DNA of 64,000 nucleotides from an uncultured Gemmatimonadales bacterium (GCA_963821525.1 CAWGED010000019.1:544001-608000), one strand, 5' to 3'; shown: positions 30,317 through 43,445, counted from the first letter of the stretch. The notes: generated by a model from the letters alone, not told the origin. Numbers and translations: made by a program.

Positions 30317-32995
30317 ATGCCTGATTCGCCTTCTCGCCTCTCGTCCGCCCTCGCCGACCGCTACCGGATCGAGCGGGAGCTGGGTCAGGGCGGCATGGCG
30401 ACCGTCTATCTCGCCCAGGACCTGAAGCACGATCGCAAGGTCGCCATCAAGGTGCTCCGCGCCGAGCTGGCCGCGGTGATCGGCGCCGAGCGGTTCCTGG
30501 CGGAAATCAAGACGACGGCGAACCTGCAGCACCCGCACATCCTCCCGCTTCACGACTCGGGAGAGGCCGACTCTTTCCTTTATTATGTGATGCCCTTCGT
30601 GGAGGGCGAATCACTGCGCGATCGGCTGAACCGGCAGAAGCAGCTCCCTATCCCCGATGCGGTTCGAATCGCGAGTGAAGTGGCGTCCGCGCTGGACTAC
30701 GCCCACCGCCACAGAGTGATCCATCGCGACATCAAGCCAGAGAATATTCTGCTCCATGACGGGCGAGCGATGGTCGCGGATTTTGGGATCGCGTTGGCGG
30801 CCAGCAAAGCGGGCGGCACCCGGATGACCGAAACCGGCATGTCACTCGGCACCCCGCACTACATGTCGCCGGAGCAGGCGATGGGGGAGCGGGAGATCGG
30901 GCCGCCGAGCGACGTGTATGCGCTGGGTGCCGTGACCTACGAAATGCTGGTAGGCGAGCCGCCCTTCACCGGGCCCACGGCGCAGGCGATTGTGGCCAAG
31001 GTGATGACGGGCGAGCCGGCAGACATCACCGGACAACGGCGAACGGTTCCGCCGCATGTAGACGCCGCAGTACTGACCGCACTGGAGAAACTGCCGGCGG
31101 ATCGCTTCGAGTCCGCGGCGGAGTTCGCCGAGGCGCTGGCAGGAAATTCTTCGCGAAGCACCACACGACTGGCACACTCAAAGTCTGCCAGCGCCGCCGG
31201 TCCCTGGCGCGCCATCAGCGCCGTGCTCGGCGTGGTTGTCCTCGTGCTCCTGGGACTCGCGGCCTGGAACTTCAGCCGAGGGCGAGCCCCATCCGGCCCC
31301 AGCCTCTATGACGCCGTGCTCCCTGACAGCGCCCCAATGACCTTCGCCGCGGCGACGGCGACCACCTCCTACGGGACCTCGCTCCGGAACCTGTCGATCT
31401 CGCCCGCGGGCGACTTCGCGGTGTACGCGGCGCGGCAGGGCGACTCCACCCTCCTCTGGTACCGGAGCCTGCGGGACGCCACCGCCCGCCCGATCGCCGG
31501 GACACTCGGTGCAACCGCACCGCGCATTTCACCAGACGGAGCGCGCATCGCTTTCGTCATCGGTGAACGGGTCATGGTCGTCCCGGTCGCGGGCGGCGAG
31601 GTCCGCCGGCTGCTCGAAGGCGAAGCCGCGACTTCGCTGCAGTGGGTCTCGAACACCGAACTCCTCGCCGTGGACCTCGATGGCTACCGGCTCAAACAGC
31701 TGAACCGCGAAGGCAGCAGCGCGCAGACCAAGTCCATTCCGCGCTGCGTGCTCGCGCAATGGGTCCCGGAGCAGAAACAGCTGCTCTGCTCATTCAACCG
31801 GACCGCCCTGCTGTTCGATCCGGAATCGGGAAAGCAGTGGTCCCTCCGCGCAGCCCTGCCCGATGGGTCGCCGGGAAGTCTGCTGACGGGCTCCGCCTTT
31901 CGTATCGTGAACAACCGCTACCTCGTCTATCTCGCGGTGGACGGCAGCCTGCTTGCCGCCCGCTACGACCCCGCCACCCACGTGGCGCTGCGGTCGGTGA
32001 CGCTCCTGGCCGGGGTTCGGCGGGAGGCCATCGGCGAGGCGCAGTACGATCTCTCGGCGGATGGCACACTGCTCTACGCACCCGGCGCGGACGCGACGAT
32101 CGGCAGGATGGTCAGCCTTCGGGCTGGAGGAACGCCGCAGCCGCTGCCGGTGGAGACGGCAGACTTCCAGCGCTACGACCTGAGCCGCGATCGGCGCTGG
32201 CTGGCGGCGGCGGTACAGGCCACCGAGGGCCTTGAATTGCGGGTCTACGATCTGCGCGACGGGCAGCATTTCACCTGGCTCAAGGGCGGAAGTGGTGCGC
32301 CATCCGATCTGGAGTCCCGGATGGAGGGTGGCTGCTGGTGGCGGTGCGCGATTCCACACGCTTTACCATCCTCCGCGGCACACCAAGCTCGGGGGCCCGG
32401 CCGGACACGCTGGCGAGCTGGGAGTTCGACCGCGCGAATCCCGATCCGATCGACCTGCACGACGATCATCTGGCGGTGGCGCAGAACTGGGCCGGGTCCA
32501 CCGCCATGCGCTTCGACCCCAGTCTCGCCCATCCCACCTTCGACACCGTGCTCACCGGCGGGCGTTTCCCGTCGGTGTCCCGAACGGGAAGCTCCTGCTG
32601 TACCAGACACTCGAGGGAGGCAGGATCGAGGTCACCTCCTTCCCGGTGAGTGGGCGCCGCTGGCAGCTGGCCTCGGACGGCGCCGAGCCGCTCTGGCTCT
32701 CGGCCACCGAGGTGCTGTACCGCAAGGGAGTCTCCTGGTACCTGGCCCGGCTCAATCCGGAGACCGGCGAGCCCGCCGGCGCCGCGACCTTCTGGGCCCG
32801 CGATCCGCGCTTCTCCGACACCTCGGGCTGGTCCAACCGGCCGTCGCACGACGGAGGGATCATCTACGTCCAGGGTCCGGGAGAAGTGACGGCGTCGTAC
32901 TTCGCGTGATCCCGAACTGGGTGGAACAGATGAAGGCGGCGGTGGACGCGCTCCATGAGCGGCTCGGCGGGCGAAAATCGACAATAATTGCCTGA
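30317..32995 (+). CDS. Ser/Thr kinase K6: kinase + TM + beta-propeller, about 4 frameshifts in 32285-32900
   Basis: Intact kinase motifs. The C-terminus is stitched from frames 32232, 32338 and 30224 and ends LRVIPNWVEQMK. Confidence 0.88.
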   Translation: MPDSPSRLSSALADRYRIERELGQGGMATVYLAQDLKHDRKVAIKVLRAELAAVIGAERFLAEIKTTANLQHPHILPLHDSGEADSFLYYVMPFVEGESLRDRLNRQKQLPIPDAVRIASEVASALDYAHRHRVIHRDIKPENILLHDGRAMVADFGIALAASKAGGTRMTETGMSLGTPHYMSPEQAMGEREIGPPSDVYALGAVTYEMLVGEPPFTGPTAQAIVAKVMTGEPADITGQRRTVPPHVDAAVLTALEKLPADRFESAAEFAEALAGNSSRSTTRLAHSKSASAAGPWRAISAVLGVVVLVLLGLAAWNFSRGRAPSGPSLYDAVLPDSAPMTFAAATATTSYGTSLRNLSISPAGDFAVYAARQGDSTLLWYRSLRDATARPIAGTLGATAPRISPDGARIAFVIGERVMVVPVAGGEVRRLLEGEAATSLQWVSNTELLAVDLDGYRLKQLNREGSSAQTKSIPRCVLAQWVPEQKQLLCSFNRTALLFDPESGKQWSLRAALPDGSPGSLLTGSAFRIVNNRYLVYLAVDGSLLAARYDPATHVALRSVTLLAGVRREAIGEAQYDLSADGTLLYAPGADATIGRMVSLRAGGTPQPLPVETADFQRYDLSRDRRWLAAAVQATEGLELRVYDLRDGQHFTWLKGGSGAPSDLESRMEGGCWWRCAIPHALPSSAAHQARGPGRTRWRAGSSTARIPIRSTCTTIIWRWRRTGPGPPPCASTPVSPIPPSTPCSPAGVSRRCPEREAPAVPDTRGRQDRGHLLPGEWAPLAAGLGRRRAALALGHRGAVPQGSLLVPGPAQSGDRRARRRRDLLGPRSALLRHLGLVQPAVARRRDHLRPGSGRSDGVVLRVIPNWVEQMKAAVDALHERLGGRKSTIIA

Positions 32996-33006
32996 CACCT
33001 GACACC

Positions 33007-35645
33007 TTGACCATCGACCTCGACTATCGACCGCCCTCGCCGACCGCTACCGCATCGAGCGGGAGCTGGGCCAGGGCGGCATGGCCACCGTGTATCTCGC
33101 CCAGGACCTGAAGCACGACCGAAGGTCGCGATCAAGGTGCTGCGTCCCGAACTCGCCGCCGTGATCGGGGCCGACCGGTTCCTCTCCGAGATCAAGACCA
33201 CGGCCAACCTGCAGCATCCGCACATTCTGCCGCTCTTCGACTCCGGGCGACGTGCCGAGTCGGCCGACCTCGTTCTACGTCATGCCGTTCATCGAGGGCG
33301 AGAGCCTCGCGACCGGCTCAATCGGGAGAAGCAGCTCCCGATCACTGATGCGGTACGGATCGCCACCGAAGTCGCCTCCGCCCTCGACTACGCCCACCGG
33401 CACGGCGTCATCCACCGCGACATCAAGCCGGAGAACATCCTGCTGCACGATGGACGCGCGCTGGTGGCCGACTTCGGAATTGCGCTGGCCGCGAGCAAAG
33501 CCGGCGGCAGCCGGATGACCGAGACCGGGATGTCGCTCGGCACGCCGACACTACATGAGCCCCGAGCAGGCCATGGGTCAGCGGGAAATCACCGCCCGGA
33601 GCGACATCTATGCCCTCGGTGCGATGACCTACGAGATGCTGACCGGCGAGCCGCCGTTCAGCGGACCCACCGCGCAGGCCATCGTGGCGAAGGTGCTCAC
33701 CGAGGAGCCGCGGCCGCTGATCCCCCGCCGCCACACCATCCCCCCCGACGTAGAAGAGGCCGTCCTGACCGCGTTGGAGAAATTGCCCGCGGATCGGTTC
33801 GATTCGGTCGCGGAGTTCGCCCGGGCGATCGGCGGCGATGGCAAAGGAGTGCGCTCGCCTGGAAAGCGAAGGCCGGTCCCGGCTCCCCGCCCATCCCGTC
33901 AGCTCTACCTGGCCCTCGCCCTCGGATCAGTCGCGCTGCTCGCGGCAGGCTTCTACGCCGGTTCGCGCCGGGGCGCGAGCGATTCACCCATCAAGGGACT
34001 CGGTGTCTCCACCAAGGTCACCTGGGATCCTGGGCTCGAGATCGAGCCGGCGCTCTCTCCGGATGGTAAATACCTGGCGTACGCCGCCGGCAACACGACC
34101 AGCCTGCGGATCTACGTGCGGCAAGTGAATGGCGGACGCCCGATTCCGCTCACCGAGGATTCGCTGGAGGTGCAGACCAATCCGTCCTGGTCGGGGGACG
34201 GCTCCCGCATTCTGTTCCTTTCCAACGGCGGGGTATTCAGCGCACCTTCCGCCGGCGGGGCGGCCCGACCGGAGATGCGCTCTCCACCGGGACTGCAGAT
34301 CATCTCCGCGGTCATGTCGCCCGATGGACAGACTCTCGGATATGCCGCAGGGGACTCGGTCTATCTGCGCGATGCGTCGGGGGCCGGCCGGCCTCTGGCC
34401 CGAGTGGCCGAGGCCTCGCTGTGCCAGTGGTCTCCCCGAGGCGAACTATTGGCCTGTGCGTCCGGGAATTCCTTCTACTCACGGGTCGGCGCGTTCTTCG
34501 GCAACCTGTCGCCCAGCCGGGTGACCGTGATCCGGGTGAAGGACGGGAGGACGACGACGGTAACTGACAGTACCTCCATCAATCAGAGCCCGGTCTGGTC
34601 TCCCGATGGGAAATGGCTGTACTACGTCTCGAGCAACCAGGGGCCGAGAGACGTCTTCGCGATTCGGATCGGGCGTGACGGCCGACCGATCGGCGCAGCG
34701 ACGCGGCTTACTGCGGGGCTCGGGGCCCAGTCAATCGCGCTGTCCGGAGACGGGCGCCGGATCGCGTACGCTGCATACGTGGGAACCTCGAACATCTGGT
34801 CGCTGCCGTTTCCGCCCAACGGCGAGACCCAGGCGAACGCGGTGCCGGTCACCAGCGGATCGCAGACCATCGAAGGCGGCCGGCCCTCGGTCGACGGCAC
34901 CTGGCTCTACTATCCATCAGATGTCAGTGGCAACTCCGAATTGTACCGGATGCGGCTGCCACACGGAGAGCCGGAGCAGTTGACCACCGATCCCAGCGAC
35001 GATTTCTCCCCCAAACCTTCGCCTGATGGCCGTGAGCTCGCCTTCCATTCGTGGCGCGCGGGCACCCGCGATATCTATGTGCTCCCGCTCGATGGTGGAC
35101 CGATACAGCAGGTAACCTCCACCCCACTCCAGGAGTCAGGGCCCGACTGGTCGCCCGACGGGCGAGCGCTGGCCTACGCCATGTTTGGCCAGCCGGGAGG
35201 CATTCGAGTCGTGCGGCGGAATACGGCCGGCGTTTGGGGCACGCCGGTGGAGCGAAGCTCGGCTGGGGTCTTGCCGGAGTGGTCTCCCGACGGGCGCTGG
35301 ATCGCTTATACCAGCACATTCCTGGGTGGCTCACTCTTCATCGTTGGTCCTGATTCTGGGGCGCCCCGGCTGGTCCTGGATTCCACCAATACCTGGGGCA
35401 TCCGGGCGCAGATGGCACATTGGAGCCGGGACAGCCGGACCCTCTATTTCAAGTCGGGGGATGCCAGGGGGAACGCCGCCTTCTGGGCCATTCCAGTGAC
35501 CGGAGGCACCCCGCGTCTGCTCATCCGGTTCGACGATCCCACTCGTCCCGCCTCTCGCCCCGAATGGTTCATCGGCAAAGGCCGGATGTATTTCGCGATT
35601 CAGGATCGGCAGAGTGACATCTGGGTGATGGAGGTGCGGAGGTGA
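33007..35645 (+). CDS. Ser/Thr kinase K7: kinase + TM + PD40 beta-propeller, several frameshifts in the kinase domain
   Basis: TTGACCATCGAC leader at 33007. ORFs 33137, 33252 and 33555 give kinase motifs and a propeller ending QSDIWVME. Confidence 0.88.
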
Positions 35646-35735
35646 AAGGGGACTTGTCCAACATCTCGCCGTCCCTCACCACCGCCCTCGCCGACCGCTA
35701 CATGATCGAGCGAGAGCTGGGTCAGGGGGGCATGG
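35642..35735 (+). pseudogene. Orphan kinase 5' stub ([21 protein letters not shown])
   Basis: Overlaps the K7 stop. Kinase similarity ends at GGCATGG, immediately before the MITE. Confidence 0.85.
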
Positions 35736-35739
35736 TGCG

Positions 35740-35851
35740 CCGGTCCGTCGCTAAAGCGACGACTCGGCTATTGTCGCTAAAGCGACGTGACTTGGGAGGT
35801 AGGAGTCACTTCAGTGACATCAGCCGAGTCGCGGCTTGAGCCGCGGACCGG
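35740..35851 (+). mobile_element. Non-autonomous IS200-like element (best-preserved copy)
   Basis: The left part matches the reverse complement of 46579-46619 at 36/41 nt. The right part matches the reverse complement of 46081-46124, including a compensatory stem change (GTCACTTCAGTGAC vs GTCGCTTCAGCGAC). Confidence 0.82.
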
Positions 35852-35883
35852 CAGACTATAGACTCGCAACACACGACCGGCGA

Positions 35884-38236
35884 TTGACCATCGACTCTCG
35901 ACTCGCCGCCGCCCTCGCCGACCGCTACCGGATCGAGCGGGAGCTGGGCCAGGGCGGTATGGCGACGGTGTATCTCGCCCAGGACCTGAAGCACGACCGC
36001 AAGGTCGCGGTAAAAGTGCTGCGACCCGAGCTGGCCGCGGTGCTCGGCGCCGAGCGATTCCTGGCTGAGATCAAGGTCACCGCCAATCTCCAGCATCCCA
36101 ACTTGCTGCCGCTCTTCGACTCGGGTGAAGCGGGTGGCTTCCTCTACTACGTCATGCCGTACGTCGAGGGAGAGACGCTGCGAAGCCGCCTCGAGCGCGA
36201 GCGGCAACTCCCGGTCGACGAGACCTCCCGCCTGATCACACTGATGGCCGGAGCACTCGACTATGCCCATGCCCGCGGGGTGATCCATCGCGATCTCAAG
36301 CCGGAAAACATCCTGCTCCAGGCCGGCCAGCCGGTGATCGCCGACTTCGGCATCGCACTGGCGGTGGCCCAGGCCGGCGGCTCCCGGGTTACCGAGACCG
36401 GACTCTCACTCGGCACTCCGCACTACATGAGCCCGGAGCAGGCGGCCGGCGAGCGCAACATCGATGCGAAATCCGACCAATACGCGCTCGCGGCGGTGAC
36501 CTACGAGATGTTGAGCGGCGAGCCGCCTCACACCGGCCCCACTGCCCAGGCCATCATCGCCCGGATGATGACGGAGAAGCCCCGGAGCCTGCAGGCGACC
36601 CGTTCCAACGTGCCGGTGGGGGTGGATCTCGCCGTCGGGCGGGCGTTGGCCAAGTCACCGGCCGACCGGTTCCCGTCCTGCGACGCCTTTGCCCAGGCGC
36701 TGGTTGCCGGCATGACCTCGGGTGCGGCTACTGTCGCCGACGCGGCTGTCCCACGGCGTCGCGGGCGATGGGTCGCCGCCGCCATCGCCCTGGTTGTGTT
36801 GGCTGGTGCGGCCCTGGGACTGACACGCTATCTGGGTGGAAGCGCCAGCGACCATTGATTCGATTGCGGTCCTCCCGCTCGACAACTATTCCGCCGACTC
36901 CACCCAGGACTACTTCGCCGAGGGGATGACGGATGAGCTGACCAGCGACCTCGCCATGATCAGCCAGTTGCGGGTCACCTCGCGCGGGTCGGCGATGCAG
37001 TTCAAAGGCAGGAATCGCCCGCCGACCCCGGAGATCGCGAAGGCCCTCGATGTCGACGCCGTTGTGGAGGGCTCAGTGTCCCGCTCCGGTGATCGGGTGA
37101 GGATCACCGCCCAGCTGATCGATGCCAGGGCCGACCGGCATCTTTGGGCCGAGACCTTCGAGCGCAATTCGAGCGACGTACTGGCACTCCAGGCCGAGCT
37201 GGCGTCGGCCATCGCCAGTGCGATCAACGTGCGGCTGACGCCGGGGGAGCAGTCCCGCCTCTCGGCTGCGCCGACCGTGGATCCGGGAGCCCACGACGCC
37301 TACCTCAAGGGGCGGTTCTTCTTCAATCGTCCGAGCGACGAGAACCTGCAGAAGGCCATCGTACAGTTCAACGAGGCGATCAAGCTGAGCCCGAACTTTG
37401 CCCCGGCGTATTCGGGGCTCTCGGATGCCTACACCTGGGCGGCCTACAACGAGGGATTCATTCGTGCCAGCGAAGCGAAGCCCCTGGCGAAAGCCGCCGC
37501 GGAACGGGCGGTTCAGCTCGACAGCCTGTCGGCGGAAGCCCACACCTCGCTGGGGGTCTACCTCGCTTGGTTCGACTACGACTGGGACCGAGGCGAGCGG
37601 GAACTCCGTCAGGCGATCGCCCTCAATCCCAGCTACGCCTACGCGCACGACCAGCTGAACCAGCTGCTGGGAATCATCGGTCGCTTCGACGAGGCGATTG
37701 CCGAGGGCCAACGGGCCATCGCGCTCGATCCACTGTCGCCCTCGATCCTGGAGGACCTGGCGACGACGTTGATCTACGCCGGCAAGGCGGCGTCGGCGCT
37801 GGAGCTTGCGAAAAAAGCCGCGGAGCTCGACCCGACCTTCTTCTTCCCGCCGGCTACGGAGGGGATTCTGGCGCTCCAGACCGGCAACTACCGCGAGGCC
37901 ATCGCGAAGTTTGAGCGCTCGCGGGCCCTGGATGCCCCGCCGTTCGTGACCGCCTACCTGGCGTACGCGTAGGGCATCTCCGGTGACCGCAGCCGCGCGA
38001 TGGCGACGCTCGGAGAACTCCAGAAGATGTCGCACGGGGAGGAGGCAGCCCCGTTCAACCTGGCACTGGTGTATCTCGGCCTCGGCGATCACGCGCGCGC
38101 GCTCGACTATCTCGAGCAGGCACATGCGGCCAGCTCGGAGATGCTGGTCTGGCTCAAGGTGGACCGGATCTACGATCCGCTGCGGTCGGAGCCGCGCTTC
38201 GTAGCCCTGATGAAGCGCCTGAACTTCGTCCAATGA
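35884..38236 (+). CDS. Ser/Thr kinase K8: kinase + TM + TolB_N-like + TPR; frameshift near 36836 and in-frame TAG at 37970
   Basis: MTIDSRLAAALADRY leader, HRDLKPEN, SIAVLPL and YFAEGMTDEL, TPRs, and a C-terminal DPLRSEPRF in the same frame after the TAG. Confidence 0.88.
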
Positions 38237-38336
38237 GGCGCACGGGCTGAGCGGCTTGAGGAATCGGCGGCTCGGCACTATTCGGCAATCGGCAATCGAT
38301 AACGGGCAATAGCCTGACAACCTGACACCTGACACC

Positions 38337-40619
38337 TTGACCATCGACCCTCGACTATCTTCCGCGCTCGCCGATCGCTACCGGCTCGAGCGGGAGCTGG
38401 GCCAAGGCGGCATGGCGACAGTGTATCTGGCCGAGGATCTCAAGCACCGACGAAAGGTCGCGGTGAAGGTGCTGAAACCCGACCTGGCCGCGGCACTCGG
38501 CGCTGAACGCTTCCTGCGCGAAATCGAGACAACCGCGAATCTCCGCCACCCTCACATCCTGCCGTTGCTTCGACTCGGGCAGGTCATGGCGTCGACGGAC
38601 GATCTTTCTCTTACTACGTGATGCCGCTGGTGGAAGGAGAGTCCTTGCGCGATCGACTGAAGCGGGAGACGCAGCTGCCAATCCCGGACACGGTGGCGAT
38701 CATTCCGCGAAGTAGCCGACGCGCTGGCCTACGCGCACGGTCGAGGCGTGATCCATCGCGATATCAAGCCGGAGAACATTCTGCTCGAACGGGGCCATGC
38801 CGTCGTCGCAGATTTCGGTATCGCGCGTGCGGTGAGCACTGCGGGCGGCGAGAACCTCACCCAGACCGGCATGTCGCGTGGGCACTGCCGGCCTACATGA
38901 GTCCGGAGCAGGCCCTGGCCGATCAATACGCTCGACGCCCGAAGCGACCAGTACAGCTCTGGGCTGCTGTCCTCTACGAGTGCCTGACCGGCGAGATCCC
39001 CTTCGCCGGCAGCGCCGGTGCCATGCTGGGCGCAGCGGATAACCGAGTGCACCACCGTCCGCGCGCAACAAGCGGCCGGAGGTTACCGCCCAGGTTGACC
39101 ACGCCCTGTCGTACGCGCATTGAGCCACCGATCCATCGGCGCGGTTTGCCTCCTGCCAGGAACTGGCCGCGGCGCTGGTGGCGCCACACTTCGCTCCCAG
39201 GCCGGGTGCGCGGCACTGGCGCGGCGAGGCATCGTTGTCCTGCCATTCGCCAACCGGAGTCCCGACGCCGACAATGAATACTTCAGCGACGGGCTCACCG
39301 AGGAGATCATCGCCGACCTCGCCCGGATCAAGGCGCTGAGTGTCATCTCCCGCACCTCGGCGATGCAACTCAAGGGGACCGACAAGAACGTGAAGGTCAT
39401 CGGCCGGGAACTCGGCGTGCGCTACGTGCTGGAAGGAAGCGTGCGGAAGGCCGGCTCGAGCCTCAGGATCACCGCACAACTGGTCGATGCCGACACCGAC
39501 ACACCGCTCTGGTCGGAGAAGTACAGCGGCACCATGGACGACGTGTTCGAGGTGCAGGAGCGGGTGTCCCGCGAAATCGTGAAGGCGCTCGGCGTGACGC
39601 TGAGTCCCGACGAGGACCGTCACCTGGCGCAACGGCCGATCGAGAACGTGCAAGCGTTCGAGCTGTACCTGCAGGCGCGTCTCGAGTTCCGGCGCTACGG
39701 CGCCTCGATCGACCACGGCTTGGCGTTGCTCAACCGGGCCATCGAGATCGAAGGCGAAACTCCGCCGCTTCAGGCACTCGTCGCCTGGGCCAAAGTCTCC
39801 CTGGTCCGCTCCGGCCATGCACCCGATGGGCGACCGCTGGACGAAGCCGAGGCGGTGGCGAAGGCCCTGATCCTGCGTGCTCCGGAGGCGCCCTACGGCC
39901 ACGCCCTGCTGGGATTCATCGGCTATGAGCGCTGCCGAATGGCCGATGCGGTGCGCCATCTGCGGGCCGCACTCGAACGCGAACCCAATGATGCCGATGC
40001 CTTTTTCTTTCTCGGCGTTTCCTACATCGCAGCCGGCCAGGAGGCTCTGGCTGCGGAGACAGCGGCTCGGCTGATGGCATCCGATCCACTTTCACCATTG
40101 GGGTGGATGTTGACCGGCGTCGTGCCGTGGTTCATGGGGCGGCTCGGGGAGGGATTGCCAAGCCTGGTCCGAGCGGTGGAGCTGGACCCCGAAAACCTCC
40201 TGGCGCGTTGGTGCCTTGGGTACACCCATACCCTCGTGGGAGATGTGGAGGCGGGGACGAAGCATGCCGAGGTGCTCCGAACCAAATCGCCGGACCTGCC
40301 TTACACTCGCCATCTTCTGGCCCTGGTCGCGGCACTCTCCGGCCAGAGCGAAGCCGCTCTCAAACACCTGGCATCGGTGGAAGGTCTCGACGGCCACCAC
40401 AAGATGCATCTGGCCGAGGCCTTCGCGATGGCCGGTGACATCGACCGGGCACTCTCCCTGCTCGAGGAGGCGGTCAACCAGGGCTTCCATCCCTATCGCT
40501 TCATCGCGGAGTATTGTCCCTTCATGGCTCCGCTCCGCGGATTGCCGCGGTTCGAGGCGCTTGCCGCCCGCGCCCAGCGACTCACCGCGGAGTTCGGTAT
40601 CGCGGGAGGTAACTCATGA
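38337..40619 (+). CDS. Ser/Thr kinase K9: kinase + TolB_N-like + TPR, multiple frameshifts, no obvious TM
   Basis: [15 protein letters not shown], kinase pieces in several frames, [10 protein letters not shown]...YFSDGLTEE, TPRs and PLRGLPRF. Confidence 0.85.
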
Positions 40620-40646
40620 GCGACGCGAGGCCCGACTCGCCGCATA

Positions 40647-40695
40647 CCGGTCCGTCGCTAAAGCGACGACTCGGCTATTGTCGCTAAAGCGACGT
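40647..40695 (+). mobile_element. Isolated left end of the IS200-like element
   Basis: CCGGTCCGTCGCTAAAGCGACGACTCGGCTATTGTCGCTAAAGCGACGT is identical to 35740-35788. Confidence 0.82.
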
Positions 40696-40714
40696 CTCAC
40701 ACACACGACGTCCA

Positions 40715-43374
40715 TTGACCATAGACCATCGACTATCGACCGCGCTGTCTGACCGCTACCGCATCGAGCGGGAGTTGGGCCAGGGCGGCATGGCCACGGT
40801 CTACCTCGCCGAGGATCTCCGAGCATGGCCGCAAGGTGGCTATCAAGGTCCTCCGCCCCGAGCTCGCCGCGTCGATCGGGGCCGAACGGTTTCTGCGGGA
40901 GATCAAGACGATCGCGAAGCTGCAGCATCCCCACATTCTCGGTCTCATTGATTCCGGAGAGGTCGAGGGGGCCGCGTACTACGTGATGCCCTTCGTGGAA
41001 GGGGAATCGCTGCGGGACCGGCTCGATCGCGAGAAGCAGCTCGCCATCACCGACGCGGTCCGCATAGCCACCGAGGTCGCCTCGGCCCTCGACTATGCGC
41101 ACCGCCACGGGGTGATCCACCGCGACATCAAGCCCGAGAACATCCTGCTGCACGATGGCCAGGCCCTGGTCGCGGACTTCGGGATCGCACTCGCCGTGAC
41201 TCAGGCCGGGCGGCACCCGGATGACCGAGACCGGCCTGTCGCTCGGCACGCCGCACTACATGAGCCCCGAGCAGGCGATGGGCGAGCGCGAGCTAACCCC
41301 GCGGAGCGATGTCTACGCCCTCGGTTGTCTGACCTTCGAGATGCTCGCTGGAGACCCGCCCTTCACCGGGCAGCACCGCACAAGCCATCGTCGCCAAGGT
41401 CCTGAGTGAGAAACCGCCTTCGATCCGGCGGCTGCGCGACCGGGTTCCCGAATCGGTCGAAGAGGCGGTGTTCGTCGCCCTCGAGAAGCTTCCGGCTGAT
41501 CGGTTCGCGACCGCCGCCGAGTTTGCTACAGCACTGAACGGAGGCGGCACCAGCGCCCCGCGCCACGGCAGCACCAGTGCGAGGAGCCGAATCGCCGAGC
41601 CGCCGAGCCGTCGAGTAGCATTCCTCCTGCTCCTCGCCCTCATGCTCGGCGCTGGCTGGTTCCTCGGGCGTCGAAATAGCAACGCCGCCGCAGGACCGCC
41701 GTCGAGTCGTCTCGCGATGTTGTCACCCGCTCTGGGAGGGTCTGGGGCCGGCGGATTGCATCGCCAGCTGACGCTCACGCCCGACGGTTCCGCGGTGGTC
41801 TATGTCGGCGCTTCGGTTCGACAGGGGGCGACCACACTGTGGATTCAGCGAATGGACCAGCTCGAGCCCGCGCTGATTCCTGGGAGCGAACTCCTTCTCG
41901 CCCCTCAAGTGTCGCCCGACGGACGATGGCTCGCGGCCCAGAACGTCGCCGGCGATGTCATCCGCTTCCCCATGCAGGGCAGCACTGCCCAGCCGGCCCC
42001 TGTGTCCCGCGGGTTCTCCTTCTTTGCCTGGGGTCCCGACGGGAGTCTGTGGATTACCCGGGCACCGTTCCGCACAGTCGAGCGGGTGGCCCAAGGAAGT
42101 GATTCACTCGAGGTGCGCATCAAGGACCTGAGTCGAGGCCAGTACATCCAACAGATACTCGATGATGGGAGGCGCGCTGTCGTAGTTCAGGGCGACGGAT
42201 CTTCGAGTGGCCCATGCTTCATTATGGACCTCGCAACCGGCCGGTTGACCCCGCTGATCGAAACGCCCATCACCGCCGCGCGCTATGCCGCGGGATATCT
42301 GATTTACGCCCGGCCGGATGGAACCCTCCTCGCCGCTCCGCTCGATGCGCGTCAGACTCGAATCACCGGCGAGGCAGTTACCGTCGCAGAGGGAGTCTCC
42401 GTGACCGGAGGCGGCGACGCCCAGTTCGCGGTCGCGCCCAGCGGCACCTTGGTCTACGTCCCCGAGGAGCCGAGGTCACTGGTGTTCGTCGACCGGTCCG
42501 GATCGGCGCGGTCGGCGACCGAAGCGCGCCAGAACTTCCATGCCCCCTCGTTTTCGCCCGATGGGCGCCGCGTGTCGGTGGATTTCGTTTCCGCCGACGG
42601 CCGGGACGTGTGGATCCTCGATCTGGACCAGGGGACGCTTTCCGTGGTACCTTCGATCGCGACGGACACGACGCGGTGTGGACCAGAGACGGAAAGCAGA
42701 TCACCTACACGTCGTACCGCTCCGGCGTCTTCGGGGTCTATCGGACCCGCCCGGGCAGCGGCGCGCCCGCCGAATCGCTGCTGGCCTCGCCGTCGCTGGG
42801 CTACACCGGCCAGTGGCTGCCCGACGGTAGCGGGCTCGTGACCGTGACCTTCGACCTTCAGCCCCGATCGGGTCAGGACATCGGCCTCGTCACCCACGGC
42901 GGCCACGGACCGATCGAGCCGATCGTCGCCACGCCGTATCGGGAGTTGTACCCCTCCCTTTCTCCCGATGGCCGCTGGCTGGCGTTCGTCTCCGATCAGT
43001 CGGGACAGAGTCGAGTGTATCTGCGCCCGCTCCAGGGAGACGGTGATCAAGTTCAGATCTCCCAGGGCAACGCCGATGAGCCGGTCTGGGGGCCGGATAG
43101 CCGGGAGCTGTTCTATCGCGCCACCGATACCGGGCGACCCGAGCTGATTGCGGCCAGGCTCGAAACCACTCCGACCCTTCGAGTCCTTGAGCGGCGCCCG
43201 CTCTTCTCGGTCGAGAACTACGTACCGGCCACGCCACACGCCAGCTATGCCATCTCACCCGATGGCAAGACCTTCGTGATGGTCCAGCGCAACCCGGCGA
43301 GCCGCATCATGGTAATCCAGAATCTGCCGGGTCTGGTGGGCCGGCTGCGCGACGCGCAGAGTGCGCCCCATTGA
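40715..43374 (+). CDS. Ser/Thr kinase K10: kinase + TM + beta-propeller, several frameshifts
   Basis: MTIDHRLSTALSDRY leader. ORFs 40836, 41221, 41468 and 42214 stitch into kinase + TM + SPDG repeats. Confidence 0.87.
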
Positions 43375-43398
43375 GTCGGGGCCTCAGCCGCGAACTAG
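43373..43398 (+). mobile_element. Degenerate right-end remnant of the IS200-like element
   Basis: GAGTCGGGGCCTCAGCCGCG matches the MITE right end GAGTCGCGGCTTCAGCCGCG at 18/20 nt (21/26 when extended). Confidence 0.55.
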
Positions 43399-43445
43399 CG
43401 GCATATCGGCAACCGGCAATCACCTGACCCCGACACCTGACACCC

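Noticed and set aside
37970..37972. Programmed amber read-through (pyrrolysine) in K8
   Set aside because: A single TAG at a position where K14 has Tyr (HAYG), with no pyl genes seen. A point mutation or base-call error is more parsimonious.
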